Assembly: GCA_048270185.1 (NCBI GenBank)
Contig: JBLWTJ010000001.1
Location: 672,001-736,000, forward strand
Direction: 5' to 3'
Source: Bacteriovoracaceae bacterium
GTDB lineage: Bacteria > Bdellovibrionota > Bacteriovoracia > Bacteriovoracales > Bacteriovoracaceae
Length of the DNA: 64,000 nt
In this document: one piece after another, positions 20,777 through 30,671 of the stretch
Layout: each line of letters starts with the position of its first letter
Numbering within the stretch: the first letter of the stretch is position 1
Translations under genes and position numbers: made by a program
Notes under the pieces: model-generated
Databases searched by the model: none
What the model saw: only the letters and a program-made list of their open reading frames with translations
Told to the model about the DNA's origin: nothing

Positions 20777-21786
20777 TGAAACTTCACCAAATCTTAATAT
20801 TTATTCTTGGGATACTTCTCACCTCATGCCAGAGCGATAATCTTCAAATTCATCGTTTATCGGGAAAAACGATGGGGACAACGTACCACATCAAGTATAT
20901 TGCACCAAAAGATCACGATGAGAAGACTCTCCAACAAGATATTGATCTTCGACTCAATGACGTCAATAAGGCCATGAGTACTTATATCGCTGACTCGGAG
21001 ATTTCGCTCTTTAATAAAATGCCAAAGAGTGAAAAGTTCTATCCCGGAGAAGATTTTAAAAAGACGCTGGCCCATGCTCTGGAGTTGGCCCAAAAGACTC
21101 AAGGAATATTTGACCCGACAATTGGAACACTTGTTAATCTTTGGGGCTTTGGACCAACCGGTAAGAGAAAAATACCAAGTCCACAATCAATTGAAGAGGC
21201 AAAGAAGAAAGTTGGATACGAGAAGATAAAATTAAAAGACGGCATCCTTACAAAAGAAATAGATGGGGTTTACCTTGATCTTTCGGCATCGGCCAAAGGT
21301 TATGGTGTCGATACGATTATTACCCTCCTAAAGTCGCGTGGAATTCACAATGCTTTAGTTGAGGTAGGTGGCGAAGTTGCAACAATGGGAGAATCCCTTA
21401 CTCGTCCATGGCGAATTGGTGTTGAGTCCCCTAGTAATGAAAATGGCAATCCAGTAGTTCGTGTTGTAAAAATCAAGAATGTTGCACTAGCAACTTCTGG
21501 TGATTATCGAAACTTCTTCAAGGAAGGTGGCAAACGCTATCAACACACTATTAACTTTAAATCGGGAGCCCCTGTTGCTTCTAAGCTTGCTTCCGTAAGT
21601 GTGATCTCTGACACTTGTATGGATGCAGATGCTTGGGCCACGGCCCTCATGGCAATGGGTGCAACAAAGGCCATCGCCTACGCTAAAGAAAATAAGTTGA
21701 AAGCATTCTTCATTCACCGTTCACAAGATGGTTCAGGAAAGTATTTGGAGACATCAACGGAAGAATTTGATAAGATAACCGAGTAA
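20776..21786 (+). CDS. apbE: FAD:protein FMN transferase lipoprotein
   Basis: Lipobox LLTSC; GKTMGTTY, FDPTIG.LV.LWGFG, DLSASAKGYGVD, ATSGDY, ADAWATAL. Confidence 0.96.
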   Translation: MKLHQILIFILGILLTSCQSDNLQIHRLSGKTMGTTYHIKYIAPKDHDEKTLQQDIDLRLNDVNKAMSTYIADSEISLFNKMPKSEKFYPGEDFKKTLAHALELAQKTQGIFDPTIGTLVNLWGFGPTGKRKIPSPQSIEEAKKKVGYEKIKLKDGILTKEIDGVYLDLSASAKGYGVDTIITLLKSRGIHNALVEVGGEVATMGESLTRPWRIGVESPSNENGNPVVRVVKIKNVALATSGDYRNFFKEGGKRYQHTINFKSGAPVASKLASVSVISDTCMDADAWATALMAMGATKAIAYAKENKLKAFFIHRSQDGSGKYLETSTEEFDKITE

Positions 21787-21814
21787 ATAGCTCACCCTAT
21801 TAGGAGATCGAATT

Positions 21815-22027
21815 ATGGACGCTAACTTTAAATTATTCCTCGTAACTTTTGCAGTACTCGCACTGTCGATTACAGGAATGGCAGTTGGTGTAATCATATC
21901 TAACCGCAAACTTTCAGGATCTTGTGGTGGACTTGGTGCAATTATCGGTGAAGACTGCATGTTCTGTGAAAAGAAAGAAGAATGTAAAGAACATCCAGAA
22001 GAAGCTGAAGAATGCTTAAAAGCATAA
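21815..22027 (+). CDS. nqrM: Na+-NQR maturation factor NqrM
   Basis: TM helix, then MAVGVI..RKLSGSCGGL....CMFC; directly downstream of apbE. Confidence 0.88.
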   Translation: MDANFKLFLVTFAVLALSITGMAVGVIISNRKLSGSCGGLGAIIGEDCMFCEKKEECKEHPEEAEECLKA

Positions 22028-22056
22028 TTTAAAAATCAATAAATTCTAATCATATT

Positions 22057-22080
22057 GGCCCCGATCTGGGGCCTTTTTTT
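22057..22080 (+). terminator. intrinsic terminator after nqrM
   Basis: GGCCCC-GATCT-GGGGCC followed by T7. Confidence 0.9.
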
Positions 22081-22165
22081 GTTTCAAAGATGGCAAAAGG
22101 CCACCAGTCCCCCAAAAGACACCACCTTCATCATAGCTAAGTCACTGATTGTACGTGTTCAGAAT

Positions 22166-22181
22166 TGGCACGAGACATGCT
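22166..22181 (+). promoter_or_regulatory. sigma54 (-24/-12) promoter
   Basis: TGGCACGAGACATGCT: GG-N10-GC with the TGGCACG consensus, in an intergenic region upstream of a + strand gene. Confidence 0.7.
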
Positions 22182-22263
22182 TTTATACTGGCATCAAGCT
22201 CTTAGATAGGAAGTTCAAGAGCAAATGGCTTCAGGAAGAAATAGTGACCATGAAGGGGCCGAC

Positions 22264-22623
22264 ATGAAAAAATCAGTAATAAAAGCATTGTACATCACAT
22301 TTGGGATCATCATGCTTACACTAACGATTCAGGAGACTGCAAGCGCAAGAGAAATGCAGAGAATCACGCCAGAGCAAATCCAAAAACTAGATCGCGCCAT
22401 GGCAATTGAAACTGTTAATGGACGTTTTCTAGATATCAGCACAGCTGCCCATATCAAAAAAACTTTTGGAAACGTGGAGGAATTAAAAAAATTAGGTGAA
22501 ATCAAATTAAAAGATGGAGGTTACTTAAACGCAGGTGATATCCGCTACCTTTACGTAGAAAGGTTAAAGGCAAAGAAAGCGAAGAAGTTAGAGGTGGGAA
22601 GAACTCCACATGACGAAGAATAA
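22264..22623 (+). CDS. small secreted hypothetical protein
   Basis: Signal peptide MKKSVIK...ASA/R from ATG 22264 (ORF open from 22225). Confidence 0.7.
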   Translation: MKKSVIKALYITFGIIMLTLTIQETASAREMQRITPEQIQKLDRAMAIETVNGRFLDISTAAHIKKTFGNVEELKKLGEIKLKDGGYLNAGDIRYLYVERLKAKKAKKLEVGRTPHDEE

Positions 22624-22627
22624 TTTT

Positions 22628-23248
22628 TCAATACGCTTTTGCTACTCCTTCCTTAGTAGCAATAACCAGTAAGACATCCGGGTCGCTCGAAAGAGCGGCC
22701 TTTCTTTTTTTTGAGGCCACAAATTTTCGTCCACGAGGAAGTGTTAGAAACTTTATTGTAAAGCCGCGCTCAATTAATAAACTCTCATATTCCATCGAAT
22801 CTAAAACGGTTACAGCAAGCTGCGTAGCTCGATATTCCTTATGTGAAATCATGGCCTCAAAACAGAAGATCCCACCGTCATTTAAAGCATTAAAAACCTC
22901 GTCAAGATATTTCTCAATCTCTCCTACACCGTTCAGATAATGAATTTGATGAGCGTCTAAAATAAGATCGTAAGACTCTCCAAGCTCCCTTAGGTTAAGA
23001 CTTGAATGAGTTTTAAAGTTTTGATTTGGGAAATTCTCTTTTGCTTTTTCAATGGCCTCAGATGAAATATCAATTCCTGTTATGCGACATTCATCATTAA
23101 TAAAGTGCAGGCCCTGGCCGCAGCCGACTTCGAGTATACTTGAAATTGTAATCCCACAAAGACTGTGGGCCTTTTCAACAAGTGAGATTAGACTTGGAGA
23201 AGCTTCAAAATGATTCGTAACTAAATGGAGCTCATTAAATTTATTCAC
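22628..23248 (-). CDS. class I SAM-dependent methyltransferase
   Basis: ILEVGCGQG, TGIDIS..AIEKA, YDLI, LNDGG. Confidence 0.88.
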   Translation of the reverse strand: MNKFNELHLVTNHFEASPSLISLVEKAHSLCGITISSILEVGCGQGLHFINDECRITGIDISSEAIEKAKENFPNQNFKTHSSLNLRELGESYDLILDAHQIHYLNGVGEIEKYLDEVFNALNDGGIFCFEAMISHKEYRATQLAVTVLDSMEYESLLIERGFTIKFLTLPRGRKFVASKKRKAALSSDPDVLLVIATKEGVAKAY

Positions 23249-23251
23249 AAT

Positions 23252-23842
23252 TTAATATAACAGGCCCATATCCTCAAAGTCACTTGAATAGTAGAAATCA
23301 TTTGGAGAAAGTCCTGGAAGGCCAGTTGGTGGCTTCTTCCCAAAGTAGCGCTCCCAAGCGTCAGTATTCTTATCATAGCTCATAGGCTTTGGAACAAAGT
23401 CCACAATGGCATAGACGCTCTTTAGAAGCTTATAAAGAAACTCTGAACAATAGAGTTTTTCATCATCCCAGATATAGTCATGGTCAAACGGTTGCCCCAT
23501 ATACTTTTCTTGATAATTAGCAAGAAGCTGCTTTCTCATAGCGTAGCTTAAGTATTTTGGACGCATAACCTGCGCCTTCTTACGAGAATAACTTAGAAAG
23601 TTCTTCAGAGGAATGTGATGAACATTTCCAAGAGACTGAGCGACGAAATAGCGACTACCGTGTTTGAGCACAATTCCAGAGTGAGAAAAAGGTCCACCAG
23701 TTTGTTGCTCAATTAGTTCACAACTGAAACAATCCATATCCAAAAGAATAATATCACCTGTTTTTAGGCTTTCTTTTGGTAGTGCCAACGAATTAAGGCT
23801 AGCAAAAATTGAAAATAAGGCCATAAATCTAGCTGCTTTCAC
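23252..23842 (-). CDS. YiiX/YebB-like permuted NlpC/P60 protein, secreted
   Basis: LKTGDII, FSHSGIV, PFD..Y.WDDEKLYCSE, SPND; signal peptide. Confidence 0.88.
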   Translation of the reverse strand: MKAARFMALFSIFASLNSLALPKESLKTGDIILLDMDCFSCELIEQQTGGPFSHSGIVLKHGSRYFVAQSLGNVHHIPLKNFLSYSRKKAQVMRPKYLSYAMRKQLLANYQEKYMGQPFDHDYIWDDEKLYCSEFLYKLLKSVYAIVDFVPKPMSYDKNTDAWERYFGKKPPTGLPGLSPNDFYYSSDFEDMGLLY

Positions 23843-23972
23843 GTCAAAACTCCTTTAATATCAAAAACTTAACGTCTGATAAAGCAATTGCCCCTCTATC
23901 GAAAAACAAGGCTTTGCTGTTATACTAAGATAGTTACTACTTTAATAGACCAAAAAAGAGAGATAGGTAAAA

Positions 23973-25781
23973 ATGAAAGGCATACTTTTAACACTCATAT
24001 TTCTAAGTTTTGCCCTTGGACACTTTGAGATCTTTGCTACGACAAAATGTCCCACTGGACAGATCTTCAACACAAGTCTCAACCGCTGTATGTACACAGA
24101 GGGATCAATAAAAAATCGTAATGATTACACCGAGTGTGAAGGCATTGAAAACGAGACAGAAAAGAATGCATGTATTAAGAGAACGGCCGATACTCGTCAA
24201 CAAGCAGCAATCAACGAATTAAATGAGGGCCGTGTAAGTGATAGCGACGTAAATAACAATGGTCAATTCAACGGTGGCTTCACAGGTTTTTCAGCTTCTC
24301 TTTTAGAAGCCTATGGCCTTGTTAACGGGATTGCTCTCGTGGCCGGTAAGGCTTTTGATTCTGTGGATAAAAAACTTGGTGAACAGGATTGTATGTCTTG
24401 TACAATCGTTTCAGCAACAGCAGCCTATAGTTTCTATCAATCCAAAATTCAAAAAGAAGATGTTGAAAAGAAGACAGATGAATTTAAAACAGAATATGAA
24501 GAATACACTAAGAATCCAGAGTCGATGAATGGTGCACAACTTGAAGCTTTCAATATGATTGAAAAAGAACAACAGTATCTCGCTGAAGTTTCAGGTAAAC
24601 ACAAAAAACAATATCGTACGACAGCAATGGGCTATACTGCTGCAACAGTGGCAGCGGCTTATGATATCTGGAAAGATGGTGGAACAAAGTGTTTTGGTGA
24701 AGAAGGAAGTATGGGACGTGGCAATTGGGCGGCCACTATGTTTAAAAACCCGTGTGTAATTCTCTTTGGGGGTGCTGTCGCTGCGACCGCTTCATTAAGC
24801 GTATCAAGTGCAGCAGGCCAACAAGAAAAAGAAGCTGAAGCCAATGTTGCTCAAATTAAAGAACTAAAAGAAAAGTATATCAAAAGTGTTGCATCATACT
24901 GTCCAAATGGACGTGACAGCTTGAGTGAGCCTGCATGTTATTGTTATACAGCAGACGGAAAGAAGAATCCAAATCGTCAAAAGTCCAATACATGTATCGC
25001 CTACTGGAATAAGTATGATGGCTCATACGTATCTTCCACTGATGCATCAAGAGCTGCGCCAAATAGGAATCCATCAGGATGTATCTATAAAGATGGAAAA
25101 TTTGACCGTGAATGTAATTGTCGAAAACTTAAAAATAATAAAGGTGAAAATGCCTGTCAAAGCTTAAAAGTCTCATCAGGATTTGGAACAAGTCTTGGTG
25201 GTTTAGATGTTTCAGAGGCCCTTGATTTAGTAAATCAGACATCACAAGGTAATGCTGGAACCTATTCTTCATCAAGTGCTAATCAGTCGGCCATAACAGA
25301 TAAGGCCCTTGCCGCAGTTAAGAAGAAAGTAGAAGCTCCATTCAAAAAAGCAACAGGTATTACTTTAGATCAAGCCGCTAATAAATTCGCAAAAGATTTA
25401 GGTCGCTCAGGTGATAACAATAATGTCGCAATCTTCAATGGTTCTCCAGGAGAGCAATTTGCGCGCCTTAGACCAACTCCCCCTTCACAGTTTCAAGAAA
25501 CCATTGCCAGTGTAGAAAGTAAACTTCCGGCCAAAGGTATTATTGCGAGTAGAAAAACAACACGTACAAGATCAAAAACAAAAAATAGTAATCGTTGGAA
25601 ATTTGATGACTCAACAAGTTCTCAGGTTTTAAGCTACGGTAAGGGTGCAGATGAAGCAACTTCAAATAAGAAGTATGATCTGGGTGATAATGACATTATC
25701 AAAGATAAATCAGTTTCAATTTTTAAAGTAATTTCTCATCGCTATGTTCAGTCAGGACTTAAGAAATTATTCTCAGAATAG
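23973..25781 (+). CDS. large secreted Cys-rich orphan protein with Ala/Gly-rich hydrophobic helices
   Basis: 602 aa, signal peptide, many Cys, C-terminal SIFKVISHRY. Confidence 0.75.
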   Translation: MKGILLTLIFLSFALGHFEIFATTKCPTGQIFNTSLNRCMYTEGSIKNRNDYTECEGIENETEKNACIKRTADTRQQAAINELNEGRVSDSDVNNNGQFNGGFTGFSASLLEAYGLVNGIALVAGKAFDSVDKKLGEQDCMSCTIVSATAAYSFYQSKIQKEDVEKKTDEFKTEYEEYTKNPESMNGAQLEAFNMIEKEQQYLAEVSGKHKKQYRTTAMGYTAATVAAAYDIWKDGGTKCFGEEGSMGRGNWAATMFKNPCVILFGGAVAATASLSVSSAAGQQEKEAEANVAQIKELKEKYIKSVASYCPNGRDSLSEPACYCYTADGKKNPNRQKSNTCIAYWNKYDGSYVSSTDASRAAPNRNPSGCIYKDGKFDRECNCRKLKNNKGENACQSLKVSSGFGTSLGGLDVSEALDLVNQTSQGNAGTYSSSSANQSAITDKALAAVKKKVEAPFKKATGITLDQAANKFAKDLGRSGDNNNVAIFNGSPGEQFARLRPTPPSQFQETIASVESKLPAKGIIASRKTTRTRSKTKNSNRWKFDDSTSSQVLSYGKGADEATSNKKYDLGDNDIIKDKSVSIFKVISHRYVQSGLKKLFSE

Positions 25782-25791
25782 GAATTAAATC

Positions 25792-26487
25792 ATGAGTAAA
25801 GTAGACAAGGATGTCTTATTCGGAATGACCAAAGATCATCTTATCTTTGATGAATCGATTAATCGCTACTTCCATAAAGAATCCTATGAAGACTTTTTAA
25901 AATTCAAAGATGATGGCCTAAATGAAGAAATTGATATCTTTGTCACGAGCTCTTTTCGCTCCTTTGATGATCAACTAAGAATTTGGAATGAGAAGTGTGA
26001 GGGAAAGCGTCCAATCTATGATAGAGACGGTAAACAGCTAAACCAACAAGAGATGACACCTTCACAAATCGTAACAAGTATTATCAATTGGTCTGCCCTA
26101 CCGGGGACATCCCGCCATCATTGGGGCACAGAATTAGATGTCGTTGACGGCAATAGCTGGCCCGAAGGTTATCATATTCAATTAGTTCCTGAAGAGTTTA
26201 CACAAGGTGGACCATTTGCAGCTTTCAGTGTGTGGCTAAATCGTAAAATTCAGGAAGATAAGAGCTATTCTTATTATAGGCCATATCAAGAAGATCTTGG
26301 TGGTGTTGCGCCAGAAGCCTGGCATATAAGCTATGCCAATGTATCAAGAGACTATCACGAGCAATATACATATGAAATTTTTTGTGAATTACTTGAACAT
26401 CAGAAGATGCGCGAGCTTACTTACTTAGATGAAGTAAAAGCAAACTCGCAACAAATCTATTATCATTTCTTTAGGCTTTTAAAGTAA
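25792..26487 (+). CDS. M15 family (VanY-like) D-Ala-D-Ala carboxypeptidase
   Basis: SSFRSF..Q, SALPGTSRHHWGTELD (SxHxxGxxxD), EAWH (ExxH). Confidence 0.9.
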   Translation: MSKVDKDVLFGMTKDHLIFDESINRYFHKESYEDFLKFKDDGLNEEIDIFVTSSFRSFDDQLRIWNEKCEGKRPIYDRDGKQLNQQEMTPSQIVTSIINWSALPGTSRHHWGTELDVVDGNSWPEGYHIQLVPEEFTQGGPFAAFSVWLNRKIQEDKSYSYYRPYQEDLGGVAPEAWHISYANVSRDYHEQYTYEIFCELLEHQKMRELTYLDEVKANSQQIYYHFFRLLK

Positions 26488-26923
26488 GTCCTACGGCCTT
26501 TAACCAATCAGGATCATGACTTAATAATTTTCTCTCTTTTAGATCAAAGAGCCCTGCCGTCATTGTAAAGTGTGTATAGACCTTTCCACTATCGTCAAAC
26601 ATCTCTTGCTCATAAACCAGGACGCGGCTATTCACAAATTGAGTTGCTCTTGAGCGAATCTTTACAACTTGCCTTAGTCTTAACTCTGACTTGAATTTGA
26701 TATTGATATCAAGAACAACTGGTCCTTTTTTTTCACGCATAATACGCTCCATTCCCCATCCATTCTTTGTAATCATATCCCAACGGGCCTGCTCAAAAAT
26801 AGTCAGGTAAGTAGCATTATTCATATGTCCAAAAGTATCGAGATGAGTCTCTTGAACAGTAAATTCATAGATTGATTCTTCAATATTATAATCTTCAATA
26901 GATAAGCTTTTTTGAGTACTCAT
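26471..26923 (-). CDS. acyl-CoA thioesterase (4HBT/YbgC hot-dog family)
   Basis: LDTFGHMNNATYL.IFEQAR. Confidence 0.9.
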   Translation of the reverse strand: MSTQKSLSIEDYNIEESIYEFTVQETHLDTFGHMNNATYLTIFEQARWDMITKNGWGMERIMREKKGPVVLDINIKFKSELRLRQVVKIRSRATQFVNSRVLVYEQEMFDDSGKVYTHFTMTAGLFDLKERKLLSHDPDWLKAVGLTLKA

Positions 26924-27078
26924 ATTATCATCCTGTAAGTTATTAAAATCTTTGAATTGGCCATTATCATTGGCATTATTAAAATTTCATTTTATCTCGC
27001 AGATACTGAAAAATGAACATATTTCTAACTACTTATGTTGTGCAACACCCCTCAAAAGCTCAAATCATGCTTAAATAC

Positions 27079-27106
27079 TCAACTTTTCAAAGAAATTAAC
27101 CGATTA
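27079..27106 (+). promoter_or_regulatory. sigma28-like promoter
   Basis: TCAAC-N15-ACCGATTA upstream of the 686-aa secreted protein. Confidence 0.5.
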
Positions 27107-27152
27107 GAACTTATAATTTAAGTAAGCATAAAACCTAACTTTCGAGATATTT

Positions 27153-29213
27153 ATGAAAAAACCAACAAGAAAGATTTTATTCAACATCGCTTCCACGCTC
27201 TTCATTATTAGTCTAATGGGCCCTGCTCATGCTGAAATAATCAACCACCCATGTGTAGACGAAAACAATAATCACTATATGGTTGAAATCGAAGATAGTG
27301 TCCCTGAAGACGAGAGAGACAAGTACTGTATCAAAGACGATGGAGCTGCCGGTGCTGGGCTTCAAAGCCAAGGTAAAGAAGTTAGTGATAATGTTGATAA
27401 TAAGCCTCCAGCTCCTGTAAATAAAAAAGCTGTCCAAGAAGTTGGTGTGTGGGAAAAGTGTAGCGGTGAATCAGAAGGTGCCGATGCACTAAAAGATAAA
27501 ATCAAGAGTTGTTATAGCGCGACAGATCTAAATTTTAGTGAGGTTGCGACAAATAATATTATGGAAGGGACTGCGGCCGCTCAAAATTGTCAGCGCCTAC
27601 TCACTAAAGCCGTTGATAATATGACTTGGAAGCAGATCACAATGGAAACTTATGATCGTAAAATACCAACGTCATTAAATAATCCCAAAGCATTTGCAAA
27701 ACTTGTTGCAATCTATCTGAATAATTTATCAGGAATAAGCTCAGGAGAAGAGCCAAGTGATAGTAACATTAAAGATGCAACAAAGATGTCGATTAGCTGC
27801 CTTCAGCTTGCGGCAGCCGTTGGTCAAAATATGAAAGAAGGACGTGAGACAGAAGACGCCTATAGTGAAACGGAGAAACTCACTTCACTAGATGGCAAAA
27901 TTACTTGTAAAGTATCAGGTCTAGAAACTCTCGACTATGATGAATGTTCAAATCTTGTTCTTGCTCACAATGCCGCACAATTAGGTAAGACAGCAACCGC
28001 AACATACCAAACAATTTCGGCACAAGAGTTTCGTTCTGATCAACAAAATGATCTTCTTAATATGGACGGAACTGAAAACGTAACAACTGTTGCCCTTAAA
28101 GCGCAGAAAGATGGCCTAAATAAGCAACAAGAGATGGCCGAACAAAGACGTGCACTGGAGCTGGCAAGACTTGCAACAATTGGTGAGATGTCTCGCCAAA
28201 TTCCTACTTCTGAAGATTATTTTGATAATAGAAAGTTATGTGCTGATCCAATTGACCAAGCTAAAGATATTGCAAGTCAAATGGGAGTCGATCTAACTTC
28301 GGCTACAACAGCGGCCCTATGTTCAGAGAACTTTTTAAACGGTGGTTTTGCTTTCCTTAGAAATGGAGCTGCAAAGCGAGTCGGTTTTAGAATTATGGCC
28401 GAAGCAGGTATCGATGCTGCAGCTGAGACAATGTCGATTGAACAGCTTGGTAAACAAAAGAGTATGATAAATAATGCTATCGGAAAAATTGAAGGGATGG
28501 ATACAATCAAACTCCCTGAAGGTTTCTTTGATAATGAAGAAGTTTACGCACAATTTTGTTCAGTAAACCCTACTCATGCTCAGTGCCAGTCAGGTTACGG
28601 AGCAGCGACAAATGTACCTTCATTTGGCGATTATAATATGGGTGGCTTTGGAACAAATCAGGCTTACCAACAAAATGAAGACGAAGCAGTTGTAACTGCA
28701 ACGGCCGCTTCATCATCAGACCCAACAAGCGCTGGAGTAGAAACAGGAACTGCTGTTGATAAGAAGACAGTAGCAAGCGGACTGAATGGAAATTATGGTT
28801 CTGCAGCTTCGGTAAGTGAAGGTGGCCAATTAGCTCAAGGCTCAGGTGGCGGTGGTAGCTCTCCAGGAGGCGGAGGTGGTGGCGGTGGTTCATCAGCTGG
28901 CGGTGATGGACAAGGACAACCACAAGGAACAGGTTCAGTAAATGGAACGAAGGGACTTAGCTACGTTGGTGGTGGCGGACCTAGTTTCGTGGGAGGACGT
29001 GGAACATCGAGATCGAGAAAACCGTCTTCAGCAAACCCATTTAAGAATATGTTTAATAAGACAAAAGACCGTAACCTTAGTTCACTTAACTATAAAGGTA
29101 AGACGGCCATTGGTTCGAAGACAGGAAATCTCTTTGATCGAATTTCATCGGCCTATGACAAGGCAAATAACAGTGGTAACCTACTGAAATATGAAACGAA
29201 AACACTTGAATAA
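27153..29213 (+). CDS. large secreted Cys-containing orphan protein with a Gly-rich C-terminal region
   Basis: 686 aa, signal peptide (..PAHA/E), CSVNPTHAQC, poly-Gly tract, C-terminal NLFDRISSAY. Confidence 0.75.
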   Translation: MKKPTRKILFNIASTLFIISLMGPAHAEIINHPCVDENNNHYMVEIEDSVPEDERDKYCIKDDGAAGAGLQSQGKEVSDNVDNKPPAPVNKKAVQEVGVWEKCSGESEGADALKDKIKSCYSATDLNFSEVATNNIMEGTAAAQNCQRLLTKAVDNMTWKQITMETYDRKIPTSLNNPKAFAKLVAIYLNNLSGISSGEEPSDSNIKDATKMSISCLQLAAAVGQNMKEGRETEDAYSETEKLTSLDGKITCKVSGLETLDYDECSNLVLAHNAAQLGKTATATYQTISAQEFRSDQQNDLLNMDGTENVTTVALKAQKDGLNKQQEMAEQRRALELARLATIGEMSRQIPTSEDYFDNRKLCADPIDQAKDIASQMGVDLTSATTAALCSENFLNGGFAFLRNGAAKRVGFRIMAEAGIDAAAETMSIEQLGKQKSMINNAIGKIEGMDTIKLPEGFFDNEEVYAQFCSVNPTHAQCQSGYGAATNVPSFGDYNMGGFGTNQAYQQNEDEAVVTATAASSSDPTSAGVETGTAVDKKTVASGLNGNYGSAASVSEGGQLAQGSGGGGSSPGGGGGGGGSSAGGDGQGQPQGTGSVNGTKGLSYVGGGGPSFVGGRGTSRSRKPSSANPFKNMFNKTKDRNLSSLNYKGKTAIGSKTGNLFDRISSAYDKANNSGNLLKYETKTLE

Positions 29214-29253
29214 ACTTAATTAATCACACGCATTCACAATATTTTATAGACAC

Positions 29254-29275
29254 TGGGGCCAATTTTTTGGCCCCA
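29254..29275. terminator. stem-loop, probable terminator
   Basis: TGGGGCCAA-TTTT-TTGGCCCCA perfect 9-bp stem 40 nt after the stop; U-tract weak. Confidence 0.6.
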
Positions 29276-29321
29276 CTCTATTTCTGAACATTTGATTTCG
29301 GTAACTTATCAAAAATAAATT

Positions 29322-29337
29322 TGGCACGTATCGTGTA
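29322..29337 (+). promoter_or_regulatory. possible sigma54 promoter with variant -12
   Basis: TGGCACGTATCGTGTA: perfect -24 element, GT instead of GC at -12. Confidence 0.4.
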
Positions 29338-29424
29338 TATGTAATAATGAGCTTACTGATGAGCCCATGACACGACACAACGTGGACAAGATGCAAATGA
29401 AAGTGCATATTTCAAGGAAGAGAT

Positions 29425-30648
29425 ATGAGTAATTCAAAGGAAGAAATGAATACTGTTCAAGAAATTTTATTAAGTGAATTAACACAATCAAAGAGCTACT
29501 TAGAAAGAATTCTCCATGCTACTTGTGAGTTAAGTGATACACACCTTGACCCTAAGGCACGTCTTGCTATTCAAGAGCTTAGTATGGGCTATGAGAAGCT
29601 TATTTGCGATATGTTAATCCCAAGTCACTATCCAGAACTAAGTCTTATTCATCAAAATAACTTCCGCCAGGGCCGTGAAAATATGCGCCTGATGAATAAC
29701 TTCATTGAAAGTTTTATTACTCTAGCTCCAAAGAATGAAGATGAGCTTGTCTCAGTCATTACTAGACTTATTAACTTCTCTTATAAGTATACAAGAGAGC
29801 TTCACCTAATTCTCATTGAAAGATCATCTCTTGATGTTGCCACTCCTCGTATGGGGCTTTTAAAGGCCATCGATATTAATGAGAAGAAAGAAATCGTCAT
29901 AGCAAATAAGCCTATTAAAAAAGGTCCATTCACACTTATCGAAGGTGGACGCAGTGATGAAGAAGATATTGAGTTTGAAGATGAAGTCGACTTCACTCCT
30001 CCTCTATTCTTCTTAGAGTCACTCGAAATTATTAATCTTGCAAATGCAAAGACAGCACCAATTCTTGGAATGAATGCCAAGCGAGAAGAAAAGTACGAAA
30101 AATATATTTCAGAGGCACACGTTCTCGTTGCAAAAAAAGATCTTGCTGGAGCACTAGAGCTCTTTGAGAAAGCAAGAGGTCACAAAGAAACAGCTGAAGT
30201 ACTAACTCTTATGGGATGGGTAACTTCACAAATGGGCAACTCTGAAGATGCAAAATCTCTATGTCTAAAGGCCATTGAAATTGATCCTGAATACGGTGCC
30301 CCTTATAATGACATGGGAACACTCCTTCTAAATGAAGGTCATATCAATGAGTCAATTAAGTGGTATGAATTAGCAAAGCGTGCTCCAAAGTACACAAACC
30401 GCGAGTATCCATATATCAATGCTGGCCGCGCCTATATGCAGTTAAATAACTTCGATAAGGCGATGGAAGAATTTGAAGTGGCCTTAAAACTCGTGCCAGA
30501 AAACCAAGAACTTCGCCACACTGTTAGCAAAATTCGCTCATCTGTCCAAAAAGGACAAGAGCGTCAAGATGCACATAAAGGCTTTAATAAGTTCAAAGTT
30601 GATTTCTCAACATCCAAAGGGGATAATGATAACCAACCAACACAATAA
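29425..30648 (+). CDS. tetratricopeptide repeat protein
   Basis: About four TPRs in the C-terminal half (AIEIDPEYGAPYNDMG, PYINAGRAY, ALKLVPEN). Confidence 0.85.
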   Translation: MSNSKEEMNTVQEILLSELTQSKSYLERILHATCELSDTHLDPKARLAIQELSMGYEKLICDMLIPSHYPELSLIHQNNFRQGRENMRLMNNFIESFITLAPKNEDELVSVITRLINFSYKYTRELHLILIERSSLDVATPRMGLLKAIDINEKKEIVIANKPIKKGPFTLIEGGRSDEEDIEFEDEVDFTPPLFFLESLEIINLANAKTAPILGMNAKREEKYEKYISEAHVLVAKKDLAGALELFEKARGHKETAEVLTLMGWVTSQMGNSEDAKSLCLKAIEIDPEYGAPYNDMGTLLLNEGHINESIKWYELAKRAPKYTNREYPYINAGRAYMQLNNFDKAMEEFEVALKLVPENQELRHTVSKIRSSVQKGQERQDAHKGFNKFKVDFSTSKGDNDNQPTQ

Positions 30649-30671
30649 TTAAAAAGGTTTGGATATCATTT

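Noticed and set aside
29356..29410. Hammerhead ribozyme (CTGATGA...GAAA) in the TPR gene leader
   Set aside because: GAAA does not follow a closed stem II, and stems I and III cannot be formed.
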